DNA of 64,000 bases from an uncultured Anaerolinea sp. (lineage in GTDB: Bacteria; Chloroflexota; Anaerolineae; Anaerolineales; Villigracilaceae), in contig CAYJPO010000012.1 in NCBI GenBank assembly GCA_964372045.1, positions 517 to 64,516 on the forward strand. Reading direction: 5' to 3'. Shown here piece after piece: positions 26,456 through 38,400 of this stretch (the stretch's first letter is position 1; every line of letters begins with the position of its first letter). Made by a program: the position numbers and the translations under genes. The notes beneath the pieces are model-generated. The model was not told the origin of the DNA. It searched no databases and was given only the letters and a program-made list of their open reading frames with translations.

Positions 26456-29400
26456 ATGAGGACTATCATGACTTCATTCTATTCATCACGTTCGCTCTCT
26501 CCGTATCACTTTTTTGTTACACTCCTATTCATTCTGACACAGGTGTTCGTATTTTCTCCGGCACAGGCATCGCCTGCGCCGGAACCGGTTGAACGACGAC
26601 CGTTATTTATGCCTGTGGCAGGAGTTGCCTTGGGAGTCCCAAGTGAAGTGTTCATCGGTCAGGAATTCACCTTTACAGCTTCGTTTTCCAACAATGCCAA
26701 TACTTCAGACGCTGATCCTGCCGACACCGGGTATGGTCCTTTCATTGACCTTGTCTTCCCGGTTACCGGCGTGGACGGCGACGATGGTATCGATTTTGTG
26801 AGTGCCAGTTATGGCGGTGCAGCGCTGCTTGGCTCACAGGTCTATGAAAACATTTTTCCGGATGACGATGGCATCGGACTCGGTACCACTGGATGTGTGC
26901 AACATCCCATTGCCGTTCTGGGCGCCAATGTGCCGCCTGTTCCGAGTGACGTGACACAGCCGCGCTACATGACGGTCTGTGGAACTGCGGGCGATAAACT
27001 GGTGACACTGGTCTTGCCCTTTGGTTCTTTCGTGCCGGGGCAACCCACCGCCGAAGTGACAGTTACCGCACAATTGAGTGACCTGGCGGATGTCAGCACT
27101 CCCTTGAACATCCAAGCGGCAGGTGGTTTCCAATATGGCGCGACCCCCACGAACGACTTTTGTTGTTCCCCGTTCGATGCGACCCTTTATAACGTTCCCA
27201 ACCCGGGCGATACTACCACCTGGCCCGGGAGTTCCGTTGAACCGATCATCATGACCCTTGCAAAGACATATGTCGGTCCAGAGAACGAAACCGCCACCGG
27301 ACCTAACTTCCCGCGCCAGTATCGGATCAGCGTGGATATTGCCGATGGGCAGACGGTAAGCAATTTGAACTTTGTGGATATCCTGCCGGATAATATTCAA
27401 TTCATCGGCATCGATTCGGTCACCGGCGGCAGTTATGCGGTCAACGGCAGTTTGCCATCCACATCCACCCCTGGCGGGACGCTTGACATCACCCTCGACA
27501 ATCCGGTCACGGGTACTTCGGGCAGTTCGGATGCGATTTTGTTATTTAGCTTCTACGTTGACCGGCTGGATGCAAGCAGTAACCCGGTTATAGACGCAAG
27601 CACGGGTGAACAAATCAACCCCACCAATAACAGCTCTTCTGCCAGCGGACCATGGGATCCGATCGATCCGCGTGATGATACCCTCCCTTTGCCGACCGCA
27701 TCAGGGGCATGTGCGCCCCCCTGTGTCGGCATTCAGGATGAATCCATTGCCGTGCAGAAAAGTGTGAGAAATATCACCGATGGCAGCAACAGCCCCGGTG
27801 ATGTTCTGGAATATACGCTTGAATTTCAGGTCTCGGATTTCTTTGGTTTTGAGGATGTCGTTCTGACCGATGTGATCTCGGATGGACAACGCTTCGACAC
27901 AGGATTCGCGCCCACGTTGGATTTTTCCGCCAACCCGGCTTCCAATGATTTCAGCGGCAACTTTGTACTGAATACCAATTACACAGTGGATAGTACAGAT
28001 ATAGGTAACACCGGTCCTGGTTGGCCTGCATCTGATGGAACAGACGGAACACAAACGATTACTTTCAATGTTTCAGGTTTGTTGGGAGAACAACTCCTGG
28101 GCGGGTGTGTGAATCCCACGGCAGCGAACAACCCGCCGGTCTGCACTGGAAGCGGTCCGTATGGAAATGACTCCACAGTCGGCACGATCCGCTTCCAAAC
28201 AATTATCCAGGATGAGTTCAGCGATGAATACCCATCCGGTGATGAATCTGTGGATCATGGCGATACCCTCGATAATAACGTGGATATTACCGGCACCGTG
28301 CTCGACCTGACGGATTACAGTCCGGTAACCGGTTTTGATACAGCCGCCGGTACGCCTGTGGACGACAGCGGCGCGGGTGTGACGATTGCCTTTGGCGGTT
28401 TGGTTAAATCCATTTACGCGGTTAATGGCAGCACCACCATTCCCGAGTATTTGACTCCAGGCGACGAGGTCACGTATTCCCTGACCTATACCCAGCCTGC
28501 CAGCGATTTTGAAGAGACTGTATTTACTGATTACCTGCCCCTGCCGGTCTATGATGCGAGTGAGATTACTGTGTTGAGTAATGCCGCCTGTGGTGGGACA
28601 TATCCGGCGGGCACGATCTGCCTTGGAAGTGGCGATACATTCCATACGACCTTCGCATCTGTCTGGGGGACGACCTACATCCCAACCCTGAGCGTTTCCC
28701 CCGCCGGAAACTCGTTCACGGTGACGTACCCAGAGTTTGACGACCTCAGCAATCGGAACACAATCATTGAATTAATGGTTACGGTCACGGTTCAGAATGA
28801 CCCCTTTGCTGACGGACTTTTCCTGACCAATCAGGCTGCCGCGCTAGAGGGCACCACCAATGCCGGCGATCAGAATGTTGATTCCATTATTCAGATCAGA
28901 TTAGGCGAGCCTGACCTGAGCACGTCGAAGACGGCGGTTTCCACCAGCCATACACCGGTGGCAGATGTTACCTTTGCGTCTGATGACCCGCTGGTCCCGG
29001 CTTCAAATTTGATCGTGGGACAATTTGCGTCGCCTGCCAACGCAGGTGTTCCATTCACGACCCCGCTTGGGTCGGACGATCTGAGCACCGATCCGGATGA
29101 TTTGACTCTTGCATTCAATCGTTTCAACAGCACCATGTTCGGCGTGGATGATCAAGATCTGGTCAAATATGCCATCCTGATCGAGAACCGCGGTCATAGC
29201 GCAAATGGCGGTTATGACATTGTCGTCTCGGATATTATGCCGCCGCAAATGGACTTTCCCGGCGGCGCTTCAGCCAACCTAAACCTCCAGCTTTATCGCG
29301 GCGATGGAGAACCATTGACATTTGCGGTCATCTATTTTGGCGGTGACGGCGAATACGGCGGCGGTGATGATATTGTCACGCCCGGCGATTCGACAAATGC

Positions 29401-32400
29401 TCACCTCATCTTCACATCCGGATACGCCATTCGTGTCAATGACCCGACTTCCGGCATTGATGCGGGCAAGGGTGCCTGTCAGGTGCATGAAGCCACCAGC
29501 GGCAGGAACGTCATCGTCATCACATATGACCTGCAAGTGGATGGCGACTACGACCCCAATACTATCATTGAGAATACGACCACGTTCCACAACTACGGTG
29601 GGACGGAGGGCGGACCCAATCACCTGCCCAAGCCTGAAGATGAGGATGCCAATATCGTTGTTGGAACACCATCCTTTGCACAAGGTGAAGGCAAGACCCT
29701 GCTCAGCACCGAATTGGACAGCGTGCTCACACCGGCAACTGTGACCGGCAATACCCGCACTCAGGCGGTGATCGGAGAACTCGCCACCTATGAGTTGGAG
29801 GTCAACCTGCATGAAGGCAGACTGCCCGCCGCGCAACTAGTGGACACGCTCGACGCCGGTCTTTCGTTTGTTCGGATCGATAGTGTTACTGTTTCTCCAG
29901 GTGTTACTGTACAAACGACTCCCGGCACTGGCACAATCCCCACAAATGTAACGATTGCCAGCGCCAATGGCGGGGTTGCCAATCAGTTGACCTACAATTT
30001 CGGGGATATCGTCAATGCCAATACCGATGACGCCGTGAACGAGACGATCACCATCGTCTATACAGCTGTGGTGAATAATGTTGGCACAAATCAGAGCGGT
30101 ACAGGTCTCAATAACAGTGCCCAATTGACTTGGGGTGGCGGTGGTTCCCTGCCTGCCATTACGTCCGAAGAAGTGATCGTCCTCGAACCTGTGATGACCA
30201 TTAACAAAGATACGGTTCCCTCCACCATTACCAGCCTGGATGCGGGCGATACCCTCGACTACAGAATTATCATCACAAACAGTGGCGCCACTGAAGCCTA
30301 CGATGTGACCTTCAGCGATCCGCTGCCGCAGTATTACGAATCTATTTCGATCACAGGTGTCAGCGGTACAGGCGGGGCGGCGCTCTCCGATTTTGAGATC
30401 GTCGGTTCGGGCACTTTCCCTGCTGATCCGTATATTCTCCAAACCACTGTCGCAGCCAACCTGGACTTGAATCCCGGCGAGACCATCATCGTCGATCTGC
30501 AAGGTACTCTTTCTAATTCCATTCCGCCAAGTTCAACATTGAGTAACACCGGCACCGTCATGTGGACGAGTTTGAATGGTAATGTTGTTGATCGTTCCAC
30601 GCACAACCCGGGAGAATCCGACGAACGCACGGGAACGAATCCGGTTGTGCAGCCCAATGATTACACAGCCAGCAGTTCTGTGGTGATCGATATCAGCAAT
30701 CCGCTGCTTCTGACCAAGTCCCTGATCGCTACATCTGAAAGCCACACGACCTTGAACGGCGGTACTGGTCTTGAAGATGTCGCCATCGGTGAGATCGTGC
30801 GCTATCGTCTGGCGGTGCGAATTCCAGAAGGCACCAGCCGCAACCTGCAATTCCAGGATCGTCTGCCCGCGGGCATGACCTTCCTCGATGATGGTACAGC
30901 ACGCCTATCCTTCGTCTCCGATGCCGCTGTTTTGGGAAGCGTCAGTTCAGCCGCATCTGGCGGCATTCCTGCCATTGTCTGCGCGAACGATGACGGTAGC
31001 TCTGCGGCAGCTGCCAGCATGACTTGTACCTTTGCAGACGATAATATATCCAATTCACTGGCGGGTTTTGACGATACATTCACATCCGGCAGAAACGTTT
31101 ACTTTAAGTTCGGTGATGTGACCAACAGCGAAAATGACCTGAACGACGAGTTCATCGTCGTGGAATTCAATGCCATCGTCGATAATGCAATTATCACCGG
31201 ACTGCCTTCCAGCCAGAACGATAATGGCGACACCCTGATCAATGATTTCGTTGCACACGAAAACGGTTCACCCTCACCTGTAGGTGTGAATTCGGACGAT
31301 ATCAACGTTACGGTACGCGAGCCGGTCATCAATAATGTGGATAAAGTGCTTACCGCGCCGATTCCCACCAGCTTTGACGCGGGCGATACCGTTTCCTTCA
31401 CCGTTGCCTTTTCAAATACCGGCTCGGTCGACGCCTTTGATGTGGTCTTGCGCGATACGCTTCATCCCGCCCTCGACCTGACCTCGGTTTCCGCTCCAAC
31501 GTATACATCCTGCTCCATCGTACCCACTGGGACGAATAACTCTGATACGGGTGCGGGCAATCTCGTTCAATACACCTTTGACCGGGTAGCTTCGAACTGC
31601 CAGATCAGCCTGACATACACTGCCAATATTTTGTATAGTGTTACCCCCGCTCAGGTTCTTACGAACACCGGCGTGGTGACCTATACCAGCCTTCCCGGAA
31701 CAAATGGCACCACCAGCAATCCCACTGGTTCCAGCGTCCCTGGCGCCAGCGGCACAGAGACTGGTGAACGCAATGGGACATACCCAACAATCATCGAGCC
31801 GAATGATTACATGCATTCGGACAATGCCCAGCTCACAATTGACAATGTTGTACCGACAAAATCCATTATCGCCACATCTGAAACTCATACCAGCGATGCA
31901 ACGGCAGATACAATTGTGGATCCGCGCCCCGTTGCTATTGGTGAGATCATGCGCTACCGCCTGGTGGTTCAAGTTCCCGAAGGCTCCAATACAGACTTGA
32001 CATTGACCGATCAGCTATCCACTGGCGTCACGTCTATTTTCGATACAACTACCGAGATCAGCACGTTGAACTTTGGGGCAGGCAATTTTGGCAGCCTCGA
32101 TTTCGGGGCTGCTTTGGAAGCCGCCAATGGGGTGACGGTTGACCTGTACAATGCGGGCGGGGCACCGCAATTTACCGCGCCGTTCAATTTAGTGACTCTC
32201 AACGGTTCGAACTTGCTGACCTTCAACCTTGGCGATATCGTCAACAACGACAACGATGCCAATGCGGAATACATCATCATCGATTTCAATGTCCTTGTGG
32301 ATAATGAGGGCGGTATTGATAATGGTGATGTCTTTGCGAATAATTTTGGTGTTTCAGTTAATTCGCGCCCCGTGGTTACCTCCAATACGGTTTATGCGCG

Positions 32401-35400
32401 GGTGAATGAACCGGCTATCACCAATCTCGACAAAACGGTCACGTCTGCGGGTCCGTATGATGCGGGCGATACGGTCAGCTATTCTGTGACATATACCAAT
32501 TCAGGCACATCCGACGCCTTTGAAGTGCAAGTCCTCGACGCCTTGAATTCGACCTACTTTACGATCAATACCGGCTCTGTCTCAGTGACTTCGGTTTGCG
32601 CAACCCTCCCGGCGACTGTGGTGACCTCGAGTAACACCGTCGATGTGACGGTCAGCCGTGTGCCGGTCGGTTGTGTGGTCACGATCACCTACTCGGCTGT
32701 CCTGACCACCTCGGTCAACCCAAGCACAAATTACCTCAACACTGCCAATATCACATACACCTCTCTGCCCGGCACGGGTACGACCGGCAACCCGACCGGT
32801 TCGAACACTCCCGGCGGGAGCGGCGCGGCGAATGGCGAACGTAATGGCGTAGGTGGTGTGAACGACCAAAACGATACCGATACCGCCCAGATCACCATCG
32901 CGGCGATCCAGCCGGAGAAGCGTATCATCGCAACCTCTGAGACGCACACCATCGACCCGGCGAATCCCACCAACATCCTCGTGGATGATATTTTAACAAA
33001 TCCGCGCCCGGTTGTGGTCGGCGAAGTGATGCGTTATCAGTTGGCGATGACTGTGCCCGAAGGCACCAGCACTGACTTTGTAATCTCCGACCAGCTTTCC
33101 ACTGGCGTCACACCGATCTTTGACGCGACCACTGAAATCCGCACGTTGAATTTCGGCGTACCATTCACGAGCGTTGATTTTGGCGCGCCATTGGCGGCAG
33201 CCAGCACCGGCACAGTTGACCTGTATAACGCTGGTGGGACTCCACAGTTCACCGCGCCGTTCAACCTGGTGACGCTCAACGGTTCGAACCTGCTGACCTT
33301 CAACCTCGGCGACATCGTCAACAACGACCTCAACGACGGCAACGCGGAATACATCATCGTCGAGTTCAATGTGCTGGTGGATAATGAAGCCGGTAACCAA
33401 AACCTGACCGTCTTCGACAACGACTTCACGGTTTCGATCAACGGTGCGACCAGCGGGACTTCCAACACGGTCTACCATCGCGTTGTCGAGCCGGTCCTTG
33501 CCACCACCAAGAACGATAACGACCCCGACGGCTGGGCGTACGGTCAGACCGTTACCTATACGGTTCAAGTTGCCCATGTCAGCGGCGATCCCACCCCAGC
33601 GGACAACAGCGCGGCAGATGCCTTCGATCTCGTCGTCACAGACACCATCCCTGCCGGGTTGACGTACGTGACCAATACAATGACCGCCCCTGCCGGTTGG
33701 ACGTTGGATCAATCCGCTGCTCCCATCCTGATCTGGCGCTGTACTTCACCCGTCTGTGCCATGACCTTGGCGGGCGGAGCTGTCAACCTGACTTATCAAG
33801 TGGTTGTCAATGATGTGACAGTCACCCCGCATATTGACGGAAACACAACCGTGACCAACACCGCCGTCACTACCTGGACTTCCCAGCCCGGCGCGGGCAC
33901 GACCGGCAATTCCACCGGCTCGAATACCCCTGGCGTCAGCGGCGCGACGGACGGTGAGCGCAATGGTTCAGGTGGTGTGAACGACTACACAGTGACCGTC
34001 AACCACACTGATGGTCTGGCTCCTTACTATGCGCTCGGCAATCGCGTCTGGTTCGATACGGACAACAGCGCCGACATCAATGGCGCGGAAGTAGGCGTTG
34101 GCGGCGTCCAAGTCCGCTTATATGAATCCGACGGCGTTACTCCCGTCTATGAACCGAATAGCGTCATTCCGCGTGTGACCACCACCAACGCCACCGGGTA
34201 TTACCTGTTCGATTATCTCGAACCGCGTGACTACATCGTGGTCATTCCAGCGGCAAACTTTGACAACACAGGTGTTGGCGATACCACCACCGCTTTAGTG
34301 GGTTATTGGTCTTCTCAAACATCCAGAGACGCCGCCGGAGCCATCATCGAAACTGCCGCGCCTGGTCCCAATAACGATACCGACTCGGACGATAACGGCA
34401 CTCGACAGGCAAGCGGCGATGTCGTCTCGCTTCCGATCACCATCGGTCCGGGCGAACCGACCGGGGAAGTTGCCCCAGGCGGACAGGGTGCCCAGCCCGA
34501 TGACCGCGCCAACATGACCGTGGACTTCGGCTTCTACAAGGTCGCCATTGGCAATCTTGTCTATGAAGACATCAATGCCAACGGAACCTATGACAACGGA
34601 ATCGACACCCCGCTCAATAACGTGCCTGTCGAGTTATTGTCCTCAACCGGTGTGCTCATCGAGTCGACGAGTACGAACGGAAGCGGGCTTTACTCCTTCG
34701 TGAACCACCCTGACGGCGATTACATCGTGCGCGTCACCACCCCGACGGGTATGGTCAGCACCATTGATACGTTTGCCGCCACCGATAACGCCAACCCGGA
34801 TAACGAACCCACCGGTGAAGTGGATGACAACGACAACGGCATCGGCATTGGCGCGGATACGCTCATCAATGTGTCCTCCGGCGTCCTGACTATGGACTCG
34901 GGTGAAAGCGGCAGTACTCCCGCCGTCATCACGGTGGATGACAACACCGGTACGACCACCGACACCGGGCTGGACTTCGGCTTTGTCTACCCGTACGCGC
35001 TCGGCAATCGCGTCTGGTTCGATACGGACAACAGCGCCGATATCAACGGCGTGGAAGTCGGCGTGGATGGTGTGCTCGTCACGCTCTATCACGCTGATGC
35101 ACTTGGCGTTGCCACCACACCGGTCACGGTCGGTGGCTTGCCTGTCAGCGATACGACTACGAACGGCGGCTATTACCTCTTTGACTATCTCAACCCAGGC
35201 AACTATGTTGTAGTTCTTCCGGCATCCAACTTTGCTGTTGGCGCTGTTCTCGAAGGCTACTGGTCATCGCAGACGTTTCGCAATGACACCACCGGAGCCA
35301 TCACCGAAACCCCCGCGCCCAATCCCGACCTCGGAGTCGATGGCGCAGTCGGCGGCGGCGATGACGATGAAGACTCGGATGACAACGGCACGCTCCAAAC

Positions 35401-38400
35401 CGGCGGCACGTTCAACGGAGCCGTGATCGCTCAGTCGGCCACACTCGGACCGAGCGGCAATACCGAGCCGACGAATGACAACGACCTTGAGACTGGCGTC
35501 AACCACGGCGATCAGCCCGATGGACGCTCGAACCTGAGCGTGGACTTCGGCTTCTACAAGGTCAGCGTGGGTAACCTTGTCTGGGCAGATGCCGACAAAG
35601 ATGGCGTCTATGATGCTGGCGAGCCGCTCTTCCAAAATGCGACAGTCTATCTCTATGCCGCGAATCCTACTACGAATGCAGTCATCGGCGCGGCGCTTGC
35701 TTCCACGACAACAGACATCAACGGCGTCTATAACTTCGATACCCTGCCCGAAGGCAATTACATTGTCGCTGTGGATGCGCCGGTTGGTACATTCAGCACC
35801 ATCGACTCGGCGGATACGATCACCCCGAACACCAATACCGATGATGCGGATAACGGCATCGGCGAGACTGGCGGAACGGTGTACTCGAACGCGGTCTTCC
35901 TCGAAGCAGGCAATGCCGGGATCAACAACGTTGTGGATGACGGCGCAGGTCCGCTGACGATCGACTTCGGCGCGACCTACAATCCCACCATGGACTTTGG
36001 CTTCACGCCGGTCTACTCGCTTGGCAACCGCGTCTGGTTCGATACCAACAACAACCGCATCATCGATAACTTCGAAGTTGGGGTGGATGATGTAGCCGTT
36101 CTACTTTACGATATTTCCGGCAATCAGATCCTTATTGGCGCGGACGGTATCCTTGGAAGTGCCGACGATGGCACGACCAACCCGGTGCTCACCGACAACG
36201 GCGGCTATTACCTCTTCAACGGACTTGAAGCGGGCGATTATGTGGTTGTCATTGCTGCGTCCAATTTTGTCAGCGGCGGTGAACTCGAAGGCTATTGGTC
36301 TTCTGAAACCCGCCGCGATACAACTACGGGTCTGGTCACCGAACCTCTGGCGCACTCGCCTGAAACGAGTCAGGACTCGGACGATAACGGCACGCTCCAG
36401 ACCAGCGGCGCATTCAACAATGCAGTTATTGCGCAGACAGTCACGCTGGGTCCAACCTTCAATGAACCTCAAAACGAAGGCAGCGTCGCTGGGGCACTCG
36501 ATGCAACCCTGCCCGGCAATCAGCAAGGTCAACCCGACGCGCAGGCGAACATGACCGTGGACTTCGGTTTCTACACCATCACCCTCGGTGACCTGGTCTG
36601 GATCGACACTGATAACAGCGGCACCGTCACAGGTGCAGAGGCTGGTATCGACGGCGTGACCGTTCATCTTTACCCGGTGAATGGTATTGGTGCGCCAGTC
36701 GGCTCACCTGTCATTGCCACCACTGCTGGCGGCGGACTCTATTCCTTCACCGGTCTGCCGCAGGGCAACTACATTGTCCACCTGCCCGATACTAACTTCA
36801 TGGGGGCGGCTGCCCTCCGCGATTACTATTCCAGCACCGGCGCGGGCAATCTCTACGAAGTACCGGCTGCTCCCAACCCCGATATTGTCACCGTCGATTC
36901 GGATGACAATGGCACGGAAGTCGGCACTCTCGGCTTCACTGGCGGTTATATCCAAAGCGGCATCTTTGCGCTCACGCCGACTTTTGAAGGTTCGTATGAC
37001 AATACCATCGGAACAACCAACGAACCGCGCGTAGACTTTGGTGTATATCGCAGTCCGCAGGTTAATCTCTCCATTGTCAAGACCGAAACGCCTGACAAGG
37101 GCTATTACCTGCAAGGTGAAACGACCACCTACTCCATCCTGGTCACCAACCACGGTCCGGCAGACGTGATCAACGCGGTCATTGACGACGCCATACCGCT
37201 CGATGGTTCCTCCAACCCGATGTTCACCGAATGGGACTGGGTATGCACTACCACTGGCGGCGCGACCTGCAATCCGCAGCTCAATTTGACCGGCGACTTT
37301 ATCGACACGGTCGATATGCCCTACGGCTCGACCATCACCTACACGGTCTCAGTGACCGTAGCCGGCACTGCCACGGGCACATTGGTCAACACTGCCACTG
37401 TCACAGCTCCTGCGAGCGTCACGGAAGGCAACCTGACGGATAATAGTTTCAGCGATACGAACAACCCCGCATCCATCACCATCACGAAGACAGATGGCTT
37501 GACCGTTGTTGCGCCGAACTCACCGCTGACATATACCATCACGGTCACAAACAATGGCGCGGTTGACCTTACCAGCCTCACAGTCACAGATACCCTGCCG
37601 GGTGAGGTGATCTTCCAAAGCGCGAATCCTGTACCCGCGACTGCCCCGGCTCCCAACACGCCGGGTGGAACGCTCACCTGGACGGGACTCAGCCTGCTCT
37701 CTGGCGCATCGACGGACATCTCGGTCACGGTTCTGGTCATCCCGACGGCGATCGGACCGAACCTCCTCAACTCTGTCACCGTCACCGATGCGAACACGAA
37801 TGCCACCGCCTCAGCGACAGATTCAGATGTCGTCGCCTGGGATAAGACCAAGGTTTTGGCTGGGACGAGCGAAGCCTTCACACCTGAGACGATCACACCG
37901 CCTTCTACACTTCGTCCGGTCGCCATTGGTGAGGTCCTTACTTACCAGATCAGCGTGGAAGTGCCTGCGAACTCGACCCTAACCAATCTCCGGGCGTTGG
38001 ATATCATGGATGCAGGCTTGGCATTCGTGCGCTGTGTCAGCATTGCGCCAGATGCGAATCTCACAACTGACCTGACGGGTGGGTTTGCGGCGGCTTGTAA
38101 TGCTCCATTTAGCCTGCTTGTCGGTCCAATCCCGAATCCGGTTATCTCGCGTGAACCGGTGGGTGATCCCAGCACGTACAATGACGGACGCCGGGTTGAT
38201 TTCAACCTCGGTAATGTCACCAACACGGATCTGGCGAACGTCCAAACCCTCACCATCACCTACGAAGCCATCGTGCTTGATATTCCGTCCAATGTGCAGG
38301 GCACCCCGGGTCTTGATAACGGGGTGACATGGTCGTGGCTGGGAGGCTCGCTTTCTGCTTCTGCCAACGCGGTCGAGATCAAAGAGCCTAAATTGAGCAT

